A DNA stretch of 64,000 bases, taken from contig JANOAV010000101.1 of the NCBI GenBank assembly GCA_031411295.1, positions 34,651 to 98,650 on the forward strand, given 5' to 3'. Of this stretch, positions 28,695-38,483 are shown one piece after another (positions within the stretch are counted from its first letter, which is position 1; each line of letters starts with the position of its first letter). The notes under the pieces were generated by a model. That model was not told the origin of the DNA. It ran no database searches and saw only the letters and a list, made by a program, of their open reading frames with translations. The stretch comes from Verrucomicrobiales bacterium (GTDB lineage Bacteria; Verrucomicrobiota; Verrucomicrobiia; Verrucomicrobiales; V1-33). A program made the position numbers and the translations under genes.

Positions 28695-31600
28695 ATGAAA
28701 AACCGCCATCCTAGACCGACTTCTGCCCTAGCGTTAATTCTCACGTTCGCTCCCTTGGTGCTCCATGCGGCAGTGGATACGATTATTGCGTCCGGTGACC
28801 CTACGCTGGGTGCCACTGGCTCGACCCCGAATTGGGGCACGGCGGCAAATTGGAGTTTGACTGCGCTGCCTGGTGCGAGTGATAACGTTGTCATCAGCTA
28901 TGGCGGAGCGACTGCGGCAGGAGTTGACATTCGCGGCTCATCGGTGCCTGGAGGGGCGGCTACGATTCAGGATCTGGCTTTCACCGGTGCTGGGACGGGG
29001 ACGGTTACCTTGCAAAACAATAGCACTGGCAGCGCGATGACGCTGACGCTGAACGGCGGTCGGGGGGCTGGGACTCCACTGATTTCGACGGCCGGGTATG
29101 GGGTCATCATTCCTCTGAACGGGCCCGGCACCGTGCAGCCCTTGACGCTCCAGCTTGCGGCCAGTGGCAGCATAGATGTGGGTGCTGGGGGACTGACGAT
29201 CGGAGCGATTCTTTCTGAAACGGGTGGGGCCCGCGGTCTGAACAAAACCGGGGCCGGAACCCTGACTCTGAGTGGTGTGAATACGTTCACCGGAGGGCTG
29301 ACTCACTCTGCGGGCATCCTGCGCGCGACTACGAATGCGGCAGCGTTGGGGGCGGGGACACTAACGCTGGCTGGGGCTGAGCTGCAGTTGGCAAACAACA
29401 CGGCGTTGGCTTTTAATCGGAACACGACGGTCACTGCCAGCACGACCATTAAGAGTGACCGCATTGCCAGTGGCGCAGGAGTGGTGCATACGCTGGGCAC
29501 CTTGAGTATTGGTGCGCAAACGTTGACGATTTCCCCCGGAGCCCTGAGCACGGGAGCCACGGCGGGGATTGCCTTTGGCGCGACGACGCTCACGGGCGAT
29601 GCCATTTTCTCGGTCTCCACCAATGCGCTGCTGAACCTTGGAACGACGAACGTGGGATCGAATCTGCTGACGTTGACCGGCGCAGGCCCAACTACTGTGG
29701 CGGGCGTCACGAGTTCCGGGGCGGCAAATGTGGCGGTGACGGGCGGTGGGGCGGCCACGATTGGGGCGATTACGAGTGTTGGAGCTTTGAATTTATCAGT
29801 TAGTGGTGCCGGTATCGCGACGCTGAATGGCGTGAACAATGTGGGCACGGGCGGATTAGTGAGAACCGGAACTGGGCGCTCCATTCTGTCTGGGGCCAGC
29901 ACGTTTAACACTGGTGCGACTTTAAATGCTGGGATCACGGAGGTCACCAACAATGGCGCGCTAGGAACGGGGGCTACAGTGGTAAACACGGGTGCCACTC
30001 TGGAACTTAATTTGGCGGGGTCCCTGCTCACGGCCTCTTCCATCACTGCGAATGCGGGTGGTCGTGTAGCGGTGAGAGGACTGACGACGAATAGCAACGT
30101 CACGCTGGCTGGAGGGATTCTGGGAACGCGCAGCACGGATGTGGGGACGTTCGCAGGGGCGGTGAATGTGACTGCAAATTCTTCGGCTGAAATTATTAGC
30201 TACACCACGCCGACCAGTAATCAGAGTATCACCATTGCAGGGAAACTGTCTGGTTCCAGTGCCTTGGCCATCAACGGCGGGGTGACCGCCAATGCTGGCT
30301 TGAAAGCATTGATCCTGACAAACACGACGAATGATTTCAGCGGAGCCTTCAATGTCGCTTCCGGTCAGCGTTTAAGCAGCGTTCCGGCCACAACTGGCAA
30401 GACCCTGGGCACTGCTGCGGTAAATTTAACGAACGCCTTTCTGCGCCTCAACGACAATGGGACCGGGGTGGATGGCATCTTGGCTTATGGTAACAACATT
30501 TCTGTAATAACGGCGGGCACGCTCGACCTGGATCGGGTCAGTGGCGTCAACACCGGCAATACGTTTGCCCTCGGGAGCCTAACCAGCGGAGCGGCCAATC
30601 TAACGATCAATGGAGGGAATGGTTATAAAGCAAGTTTCACGGGCGCTACTTTAACGGGCAACACGACCATCACCAATAATAATGGGGTCTCCATTCTGGG
30701 AGCGGTGACGGGCGGATTCACGCTGACGAAAGCCGGGGCCGGAACCCTGACTCTGGCTGGGGCCAATTCCCACGGAGGCACCACGATCAGTGGCGGCGGA
30801 TTAAATCTCTCCGGATCGTTGACTGGTGGGCTTGCGCTGGGATCGGCCACCACCTTAACAGGCGCGGGTTCCGTCGCTGGCACGACCACGGTGGCGAATA
30901 CCGCCGTGCTTAATCCTGGGGCCTTGGGCAGTGGCACGTTTAGCACGGGTGGACTTACTTTTGGCGCTGCGGCCACGGATATCGCCACGGTTAATTTCAC
31001 CACCAATGCCTCACCGGGAAATATCAATGTGACTGGCGTTGGCGGCTTGGTGGCCAATGGAGGCGCGGGCACGGTGTCCCTACAGTTGCTCTCCACCCTG
31101 CCAGCGGTCGGTTCACATACCATCATCGACTATGACGGAGCCATTGGCGGCACGGGCTTCTCGGCCTTTACTTTGGGCACATTGCCCAATCCGCGGATCG
31201 TGGCCTCGTTGGTTGATAACACCGTGGCTAAGCGCATCGAGCTAAATGTCACGGCGGTGGATGCGCCACGTTGGAGCGGTGGCGTCAGCGGGGAATGGAG
31301 CACGGCGGTGCTTGGAGGCGTAAAGAATTGGAACCTTGTGGTGGGCGTCGGTTCGACCGATTACATCACCGGAGACAATGTGCTCTTCAACGACAACATC
31401 GCGCTCGGCGGCACCACGAATGTGCTTCTAAATGTCGGAGACGTCACACCTGCTAGTGTGGTTTTTGACAACAGCATTCCTTACAGCCTGAGTGGTTCCA
31501 AGGCGATCCTGGGGACCACCGGATTGGTGAAAACCAACTCTGGAACGCTGACGATTAGCAATACGAATAATTTCACCGGACCTGTTAGCATCAGCACGGG

Positions 31601-33614
31601 CACTGTCAGTGTGAGTGCATTGGCGGACGGTGGCGTGAACAGCCCTTTGGGTGCAGGCACGACCATCACCCTGGGCTCGGGTGGGGCTCTGGAATTCAAT
31701 GCTGCGTCCGGCAGCACGAATCGCCCCATTAACACGAACGCTGGTGGCGGGAAGGTGAAAATTAGCGGAGGGTCTGCGGTCACGCTTGCTGGGGCCATCA
31801 CGACGGCAGGGGGAGATTTCACTCTAGATAACGGAGGCAGCGGAACCATCTCTGGAGCCATCGGGGGGACGAACGCCGCTACGCTCACGGGGACTGGCAG
31901 CACGATCGTTTCTGGCAACATCACGGTTCCCCTCACGAAGACTGGAGCGGGAACAGCAACGCTTACGGGGGCTGCCAATGCTCCGGCTACCACGCTCATT
32001 TCTGCGGGAATTCTCCAGGTTGGCAACGGGGTTGCGGCTGGCAGCACTGGCACGGGCGTCATCACTAACAATGCCACCCTCGCCTTCGATACTCCTGCGG
32101 CAGGCGTTGTGGTCGCGAATCAAATCGTTGGTTCAGGAGGATTGACCAAAACGGGAGCCGGGAACACGACGCTCAGTGGGGCCTTAAATAATACTTACAG
32201 CGGAGTCACGACCGTGAACGGAGGGACGCTGGTGCTCTCCAAGACCAGCGGCATCAATGCCATCGGAGGCGATCTGGTGGTGGAAACCGGAGGAACCGTG
32301 GCGTATGGCACGACCGCTGGCCAGTTGCAGGATCACATTCCCGACACGGCCAGTATCACGATCAACGGCGGCACCTTTGGATCGGGCGTGGGAAATACCT
32401 TGGCGGCTCCCACGGTTGGCGTCAGCGATACCGTTGCGAACGTGACGGTAAACAGCGGATCTTTTATCAGCGGGCGTGGAGCGGTCGTCAGCGTGGTGCC
32501 AACTCCATTTACCGTGACCGGAGAGTTTAAGCTGCTCGGTGGCACGGCTCAGGTTTCCCGCGGCGGAGAGCTGGCGGCCAATAAAGTAACCATTGCCAAC
32601 AGCGCAATTAGTCTGGATGGCGGCAGTGGCACCGCGTCCCAGGAAAGCAGGCTGGAGGTAGGCGCAGGTGGGCTCGCCTTGACCGCAGGCACGATCAATC
32701 TGAATGCCGGTCCCAGCGCCATTGTGGCCGCCTCAGTAGGTAGTATCGTGAAACTGTTGGGCGACGTTACTTCCTCCGGTAGCAGTAGCTTTGTGCGGCA
32801 GAACGCAGCGACGGTTGGCCCCAAGGCGGTAATTGACCTCAATGGAGGTAACCGAAATTTCGATGTCACCGCAGGCACGCTTGAAGTCGGTAATGCCCTG
32901 GCTCCCATCGTCGTGCAAAACGGTGGCCTGACCAAGAATGGAGCCGGAACCATGAGCCTGAGCGGCATCAACACCTACGCTGGAGACACGATCATCAATG
33001 CCGGAACGCTCGCCTTGGGGGCCAACGCTTCGATTCTAGCATCTCCGAATGTGATCGTGAAGGCTGGGGCCATTTTCGACACCAGTGCAATGGCGACCGG
33101 CTTTCTCTTATCGAGCATTCAAACGCTGAGTGGCACGGGTATCGTGAACGGCATGGTTTCCACCTCGTTAGGCTCCAAACTTTCTCCAGGGGAAAGCCCC
33201 GGAACGCTCACCATCAATGGGAACCTAAACGTCGTCGCCTCCGTGACGCCAGTGGGCACCGGGGTCATGCTCTTCGAACTGGACACGCCGGCCACCAGTG
33301 ATCGGATTCAACTTGGTTCCACGGGCACCCTGAGCATCGGGGCTGGATTCTTGGAATGGGATGATTTCACATTCACCCACACGGGAGCCTTCGCCCCTGG
33401 TGTGTATAAATTGTTCGACACCTCCCAGCCGATTTTGGGGACCTTGGGAACGAACGTCACGGGCAACATAGCAGGCTACGATGGCACCTTGTCCTTGGGG
33501 AGCGGGGACACCGCAGTCTTGTTGACGGTCGTGGTCCCCGAGCCTGCTAGCATCGGTTTACTGGTGCTGTCCGCCGGGCTGCTGGTCCGCCGCAGACGCG
33601 CCATGCAGGGCTAA
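28695..33614 (+). CDS. Autotransporter-associated beta-strand repeat protein with PEP-CTERM sorting signal
   Basis: Multiple LTKxGAGTLTLSGxNTY/F repeats; C-terminal VPEPASIGLLVLSAGLLVRRRR. Confidence 0.93.
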   Translation: MKNRHPRPTSALALILTFAPLVLHAAVDTIIASGDPTLGATGSTPNWGTAANWSLTALPGASDNVVISYGGATAAGVDIRGSSVPGGAATIQDLAFTGAGTGTVTLQNNSTGSAMTLTLNGGRGAGTPLISTAGYGVIIPLNGPGTVQPLTLQLAASGSIDVGAGGLTIGAILSETGGARGLNKTGAGTLTLSGVNTFTGGLTHSAGILRATTNAAALGAGTLTLAGAELQLANNTALAFNRNTTVTASTTIKSDRIASGAGVVHTLGTLSIGAQTLTISPGALSTGATAGIAFGATTLTGDAIFSVSTNALLNLGTTNVGSNLLTLTGAGPTTVAGVTSSGAANVAVTGGGAATIGAITSVGALNLSVSGAGIATLNGVNNVGTGGLVRTGTGRSILSGASTFNTGATLNAGITEVTNNGALGTGATVVNTGATLELNLAGSLLTASSITANAGGRVAVRGLTTNSNVTLAGGILGTRSTDVGTFAGAVNVTANSSAEIISYTTPTSNQSITIAGKLSGSSALAINGGVTANAGLKALILTNTTNDFSGAFNVASGQRLSSVPATTGKTLGTAAVNLTNAFLRLNDNGTGVDGILAYGNNISVITAGTLDLDRVSGVNTGNTFALGSLTSGAANLTINGGNGYKASFTGATLTGNTTITNNNGVSILGAVTGGFTLTKAGAGTLTLAGANSHGGTTISGGGLNLSGSLTGGLALGSATTLTGAGSVAGTTTVANTAVLNPGALGSGTFSTGGLTFGAAATDIATVNFTTNASPGNINVTGVGGLVANGGAGTVSLQLLSTLPAVGSHTIIDYDGAIGGTGFSAFTLGTLPNPRIVASLVDNTVAKRIELNVTAVDAPRWSGGVSGEWSTAVLGGVKNWNLVVGVGSTDYITGDNVLFNDNIALGGTTNVLLNVGDVTPASVVFDNSIPYSLSGSKAILGTTGLVKTNSGTLTISNTNNFTGPVSISTGTVSVSALADGGVNSPLGAGTTITLGSGGALEFNAASGSTNRPINTNAGGGKVKISGGSAVTLAGAITTAGGDFTLDNGGSGTISGAIGGTNAATLTGTGSTIVSGNITVPLTKTGAGTATLTGAANAPATTLISAGILQVGNGVAAGSTGTGVITNNATLAFDTPAAGVVVANQIVGSGGLTKTGAGNTTLSGALNNTYSGVTTVNGGTLVLSKTSGINAIGGDLVVETGGTVAYGTTAGQLQDHIPDTASITINGGTFGSGVGNTLAAPTVGVSDTVANVTVNSGSFISGRGAVVSVVPTPFTVTGEFKLLGGTAQVSRGGELAANKVTIANSAISLDGGSGTASQESRLEVGAGGLALTAGTINLNAGPSAIVAASVGSIVKLLGDVTSSGSSSFVRQNAATVGPKAVIDLNGGNRNFDVTAGTLEVGNALAPIVVQNGGLTKNGAGTMSLSGINTYAGDTIINAGTLALGANASILASPNVIVKAGAIFDTSAMATGFLLSSIQTLSGTGIVNGMVSTSLGSKLSPGESPGTLTINGNLNVVASVTPVGTGVMLFELDTPATSDRIQLGSTGTLSIGAGFLEWDDFTFTHTGAFAPGVYKLFDTSQPILGTLGTNVTGNIAGYDGTLSLGSGDTAVLLTVVVPEPASIGLLVLSAGLLVRRRRAMQG

Positions 33615-33632
33615 CCGGTAGCCGTCAGCAAA

Positions 33633-34526
33633 TCAATCCGGAGGGGCCATTTTCGAATCCTTCCTCCGCCATCCCGCTAGCACGAAACCAGCCACGATCA
33701 GCAGGGCTGCGAGGATTAGTTCAGGATCACCCGCTGCATTCCCAAAGTGATTCACTCGGGCGGACCAAGAGGTCCACATCCAGAGGCCCAGAAATACCAG
33801 TGCTCCAGCCACCGGGAGACGGTGCCACCGCCTCTGTGGCCAGACGGTTGCCACCAGCCAGATGACAGCAATGATCGCGATGCGCGATCCAGGAAACTGA
33901 CCGCCATCAATCAACGCCGGTCGCACACTGGCCCAATCGGACAGTTGCAGCGCGAGTTTCCCGCCGTCACGCGCAAAGACCGCTCGGCCAACCGGACTCA
34001 TGGCCGTAACCGGGCGATCCACTTTCGTTTTGGGATCATTTGGGGCCAATGCCACCCAGACGTGGCTCAGGTTGCCCTGTAGGTGAGCGGTAGTGAAACC
34101 CCTCGCTCGCAGCAGACTGGCGGCCAGCACGGCTTGTCCATCGCAGTCTTCCACGCGCTTTTCCAACACCTCGGCCACGGTGGGCCAGTAATCGATGTTG
34201 CCCCAGGTCACCCAATCGAAGCGATAGGAAATGTTCTTGTAAACCCATTGCTGCACGAGCTGCATTTCCTGCGTTGGTGGGCAGTTTGGCGGGAGTTTGG
34301 CATCGATTTCCGCATTGATTGGCGCCAGCGCAGGGAGGGTTGGATCGATCAATGCATCCCAGTCCTGTAAATGACCGATCTGCCGCAGGGTAAGATCGAG
34401 CCGAGGATAGAGCACGAACAGCGTGGCGGCCAAGGCCATGGCAAAGCGCGCAGTCCAGCGGACCATGCGGGTCCACCAGCGGGGAAGTTCGGTGCGAGGG
34501 AGTTGGCTTGGAGTAGCGGGCGTCAT
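33633..34526 (-). CDS. Membrane protein with transglutaminase-like domain
   Basis: WVYKNISY.FD...DYW....EDCDGQA (Cys), HVWV (His); flanking TM helices; start set at MTPATP. Confidence 0.7.
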   Translation of the reverse strand: MTPATPSQLPRTELPRWWTRMVRWTARFAMALAATLFVLYPRLDLTLRQIGHLQDWDALIDPTLPALAPINAEIDAKLPPNCPPTQEMQLVQQWVYKNISYRFDWVTWGNIDYWPTVAEVLEKRVEDCDGQAVLAASLLRARGFTTAHLQGNLSHVWVALAPNDPKTKVDRPVTAMSPVGRAVFARDGGKLALQLSDWASVRPALIDGGQFPGSRIAIIAVIWLVATVWPQRRWHRLPVAGALVFLGLWMWTSWSARVNHFGNAAGDPELILAALLIVAGFVLAGWRRKDSKMAPPD

Positions 34527-34569
34527 GGCTAAGTTTGGCACGAAACTGGTGAACCTACGGAAACTCGAA

Positions 34570-34631
34570 CGTGGTTGCGGCTGTCTCAGCCGCAACAGGA
34601 TTTCGCTGCGGCTGAGACGGCCGCAACCACG
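34570..34631. repeat. Inverted REP pair (REPIN-like)
   Basis: CGTGGTTGCGGCTGTCTCAGCCGCAAC ... GCTGCGGCTGAGACGGCCGCAACCACG in the intergenic gap between divergent genes. Confidence 0.75.
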
Positions 34632-34787
34632 TGCTAAAGTTGTCCTGCTGTGCATCACATTTGTTTGTGAATTTTTGGATTTGAAATCAGTTGCATCTAG
34701 TGGCGATGTTACGCCACGTCTAAGGCAGTTCTTGCAACCAGACAGAATCCCCCTTTTGGCGGCAACCAACCCAACTTACTATCTCAC

Positions 34788-35906
34788 ATGAATCTCACGA
34801 AAACAGCTTATGGCACCTGGAGTGGTGGCAAATACATGCATTTTGGCGAAGCGCTGGATGATGCGCGTTTCATTGCGGCCATTCAGTTAGCGTATGAGTC
34901 TGGTATTCGGACCTTCCTGACGGCTGACGTTTATGGCAATGGTCGGGCGGATGAGTTGCTGGGGCAGGCACTGAAGGGGATTTCACGGGATTCCTACAGC
35001 TTGGCGGTGGGCTTGGGTCACGATTTCTATGACGGCATCCGCAATGGTTCGGCGGGATATCCTCGCTTCACAGACCCAACGCTGCGCGGGCCGGAGCAAT
35101 ATGCGGAATTTCTGAATCGAGCGGCTGAGAAAAGCCTGGCCCGCTGCGGCACGGATCATTTTGATCTCGTGATGCTGCATAATCCGGACGAAATCGGTTA
35201 CACTAGTGAAGCGGTCTGGAAGGCCATGGCCGGGCTGAAGAGCACTGGCCTGACCAAGCAACTCGGCATCGCCCCTGGCCCAGCTAATGGCTTTACCTTG
35301 GACATGGTGAAATGCTTCGAAGAATTCTGCGAATTGATCGACTGGGCCATGATCATTCTCAACCCGCTGGAGCCTTGGCCCGGTCAGTTGGTGTTGCCAG
35401 CGGCGGATCGCTTTGGCGTCAATGTCCTGACCCGAGTGGTGGATTACGGCGGTGTCTTCTGGGATGATGTGAAAGCCGGCCACGGTTTCAAGCCGGGAGA
35501 TCACCGCACCTATCGTCCCCAGGGTTGGGTTGAACATGCCAACGAGAAGGCCGATAAAATGCGCGAGATCGCCAAGAAATACAATTTATCCATGATCCAA
35601 TTTGCCAGCCTCTGGAATCTGGCGCAATCTCCCGTGGAAAGCGTCGTGCCCACCTTCATCCAAGAAGCAGGCGAAGGCGCCCGCAGCATCGAAGATAAGA
35701 TCAAGGAAATTGCCAACCTGCCCGCAGTGAACCCGCTCACGCCAGAGGATGTCGAAGCCGTCCGCGTCATCGGTGATAACACCGGCTGTATGGCCCTCAA
35801 AGGAGCCAGCAAACGCCACGAAATCAGCACTCGTCCGGACGAATGGGCCATGCGCGAAGATCTCGTCGGCGTGGCGCAGCGCTGGGAACTGGGAACAGAG
35901 TGGTAG
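34788..35906 (+). CDS. Aldo/keto reductase
   Basis: GTW, F.TADVYG.G..DELLG, SL.R..TDHFDLVMLHNP. Confidence 0.9.
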   Translation: MNLTKTAYGTWSGGKYMHFGEALDDARFIAAIQLAYESGIRTFLTADVYGNGRADELLGQALKGISRDSYSLAVGLGHDFYDGIRNGSAGYPRFTDPTLRGPEQYAEFLNRAAEKSLARCGTDHFDLVMLHNPDEIGYTSEAVWKAMAGLKSTGLTKQLGIAPGPANGFTLDMVKCFEEFCELIDWAMIILNPLEPWPGQLVLPAADRFGVNVLTRVVDYGGVFWDDVKAGHGFKPGDHRTYRPQGWVEHANEKADKMREIAKKYNLSMIQFASLWNLAQSPVESVVPTFIQEAGEGARSIEDKIKEIANLPAVNPLTPEDVEAVRVIGDNTGCMALKGASKRHEISTRPDEWAMREDLVGVAQRWELGTEW

Positions 35907-35964
35907 GGCGGTATCCCTAACCTAGTTGCGTGTGTTGCCGCGGTTTTGAACCGATCCTTGCAGC

Positions 35965-37158
35965 TCACTGCGCCATCATCGGAGCGGGCACGAGGAAGGC
36001 GTGTTGTTCCAGCAGACTCTTGGCTCCATTCCAGGTGAGATAGGGCATCAGGTAAACGAACATCGCATAAACTAACGCCACTGGCAAAATAGCGGTGCGG
36101 GCCATCCATCGGCTAACGGGATGGCGCGGTTGTTCGTGACGCAGGGAGCGGCTCATGGCCCAGCCGGTGAGGAGTCGGGCGGGGAAGATGAAGATGACGA
36201 AGACGAGGCTGGGCAGAAACGCCAACTCGGCGGGGGTGAGTTCTATTTTCAGTAAATACAGCGGTAGCGCAAACAGCAGGCTGGAGAACAACGCGATCCA
36301 GTAGGCAATGGGCGCGCGGCAGAAGAGCTTGCGGATTTCCCGCAGTTCGAACATGGCGGAGAAACGGCCCGTGCGCGCAAAGTGCGTTTGCAGGAAGGGC
36401 AAGTGCATGGAGGTAAGCACGAGCAACAACACGCCCGGCAGAGAAACCAGCGCGCCTGCTTTCGGCGGCAAGGTGGTGGCAAATAGCAGGATCCCCACGG
36501 GCACGATAAGCCAGGCCAGCGCTCCGAAAAATCCCCGCAGGCCGAGCCAGAAATAGTAGGGCAGGCGCAGGCCAACGATGTGCTTGCTCACGGCTTCATT
36601 TGCTTTCCGATACTTGTCAGGACTCCGCAACCAGCGCCAGAAGCGCAGCGGAGCAGGCCAGAGGAAGTGGCGCAGTTTCCCGCCCCGCAGGCACGCCCAA
36701 GCGATGTGCCACAGCGTGAGAAATGTCAGCACGATTAATCCCAGCCGCCAATGATGGGTCACTGGGCTGTCAGGCGCGATGAGATTCGCATCCTGCCACA
36801 TGCCAGAAACGTAGCGCACAGGCCACAGGACTAACCAGGTTCCGGCCACGAAACTTCCGAGCACGGAAGCTTTCCGCACGCCGACAAATCCGTCCCGCAG
36901 TCGACCCGTGGTGGCCACGCGCCCGCTCACATGCAGCAAGTAGCCAAGGCTCAGGAAATTGAGTAGCGGGATGACCGACAGGATCGCCAGACCCAACACT
37001 AACGAGAAACATCCGAAGACCCAGTCGGCCATGGAAAAGAATCGACCAAAGAACCAAGGGACAGCCCGACTCACTGCGCGGACCTGGGCGGGCAGGGGCG
37101 GAGGAACGGATTTGGCTTCCAAAAGCATCGTGCCGGAAAGTGCAATTTCCTGATTCAT
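35965..37158 (-). CDS. Integral membrane protein (DUF4013-like)
   Basis: Many TM helices; IPLLNFLSLGYLL motif; follows the DUF1501 gene closely. Confidence 0.6.
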   Translation of the reverse strand: MNQEIALSGTMLLEAKSVPPPLPAQVRAVSRAVPWFFGRFFSMADWVFGCFSLVLGLAILSVIPLLNFLSLGYLLHVSGRVATTGRLRDGFVGVRKASVLGSFVAGTWLVLWPVRYVSGMWQDANLIAPDSPVTHHWRLGLIVLTFLTLWHIAWACLRGGKLRHFLWPAPLRFWRWLRSPDKYRKANEAVSKHIVGLRLPYYFWLGLRGFFGALAWLIVPVGILLFATTLPPKAGALVSLPGVLLLVLTSMHLPFLQTHFARTGRFSAMFELREIRKLFCRAPIAYWIALFSSLLFALPLYLLKIELTPAELAFLPSLVFVIFIFPARLLTGWAMSRSLRHEQPRHPVSRWMARTAILPVALVYAMFVYLMPYLTWNGAKSLLEQHAFLVPAPMMAQ

Positions 37159-37168
37159 AGTCGTTCGC

Positions 37169-38470
37169 TTAGGCTCCTAGTTCCTTGATGATCCGACCTT
37201 CACTCAGGGTAATGGGACGGCCGATGGGGGTGATGACTTCTTTGGTGTGATCGATTCCCATCAGGCTCTGCACGGTGGCGTGGAGATCTTCCACCCGGAC
37301 CGGATTGCTAGGATCTTTCTTTTCACCCGTGGGGTCGGTTTCTCCGATCACGCGGCCTCCGGCAAAGCCGCCGCCTGCGACTAACATGCTGAAGCCTGTC
37401 GGCCAGTGGTCGCGTCCGCCGACCACATTGATGTTCGGGGTGCGCCCGAATTCACCTCCGCAGACGACAATAGTATGCTCCAGCAGTCCGCGTTGTTTCA
37501 ATTCCTTGATGAGCGTGGCATAGGCCGGGTCGAGCACGGCTACCTGTTTGCCCTGACCTTCCAAATTGTTCGCATGCGTGTCCCAACCATTGAGGGTGAT
37601 TTCCACACAGCGCACGCCCGCTTCGATTAAGCGCACCGCTGCCAGACAGCTCCGGCCAAAGGATGTGTCACCATAGGCCTTGCGTTCTGCGGTGGGAACT
37701 TTGCTGACATCGAAAGCCTTCAACTGGTCTGAGGTCATCAATTTGCGCGCCTTGTCCATGGTGGCTAAATGCAGCGTCTGCTGATCCAAATCAGTGCGGC
37801 GGCCTTTGGCAAACGCTCGCTCAACAACACTCAGTCCATCCAGGCGATGATCTTGGCGTTTGCCTTCCACTGGCGCGCGCACATCCGGCACGGGGTTCAG
37901 CGGATCGCCTATTTGAAACGCATCATACTCCGCTCCAAGGAAGCCGCCACGGGCGGGCCATTGGTTGGGCATGATGGAGACGTGCGTCGGGATTTCGATC
38001 TTCGCATCCGGCAGTTCATGGCAAATGATGGATCCGATGGAGGGATGCACCAACGTGGGATTGGGACGATAGCCTGTCTTGATATTGTAGAACGCGCGCT
38101 CGTGATCGCCCTCCAGACTAACCATGGATCGAATCACGGAAACGTCCTGCATGACGCTAGCCGTCTGCTCCAAGCCGGGGGCGAAATTCACTCCCTTAAT
38201 GGCGGTGGGGATCGCTCCCAGCCCGCCTGCGATCTTGGATCCCGGATGCGGATCGAAGGTGTCCAACTGGCTGGGCGCCCCGCCCATCCACAGCATAATG
38301 ACGGAGCGGGCGGGCTTGCCCTTGGGGGCTTGCTCCGCTTCCACGGCCAGTAAATCGGCCAACGGGGTGAGCCAACTGGCGCTCAGGAGGCCCATGCTTT
38401 TGAGTAACGAGCGACGTGAGAAATGCGCTGCGCTGCCACAGGCTTGAAATGGATCGTGCGGGTGATTCAT
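37169..38470 (-). CDS. DUF1501 domain protein (Tat signal)
   Basis: SRRSLLK Tat motif, LWMGGAPSQLDTFDP, GWDTH, GEFGRTP, GRDHWP. Confidence 0.92.
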   Translation of the reverse strand: MNHPHDPFQACGSAAHFSRRSLLKSMGLLSASWLTPLADLLAVEAEQAPKGKPARSVIMLWMGGAPSQLDTFDPHPGSKIAGGLGAIPTAIKGVNFAPGLEQTASVMQDVSVIRSMVSLEGDHERAFYNIKTGYRPNPTLVHPSIGSIICHELPDAKIEIPTHVSIMPNQWPARGGFLGAEYDAFQIGDPLNPVPDVRAPVEGKRQDHRLDGLSVVERAFAKGRRTDLDQQTLHLATMDKARKLMTSDQLKAFDVSKVPTAERKAYGDTSFGRSCLAAVRLIEAGVRCVEITLNGWDTHANNLEGQGKQVAVLDPAYATLIKELKQRGLLEHTIVVCGGEFGRTPNINVVGGRDHWPTGFSMLVAGGGFAGGRVIGETDPTGEKKDPSNPVRVEDLHATVQSLMGIDHTKEVITPIGRPITLSEGRIIKELGA

Positions 38471-38483
38471 AAGGCGGTGTCGG

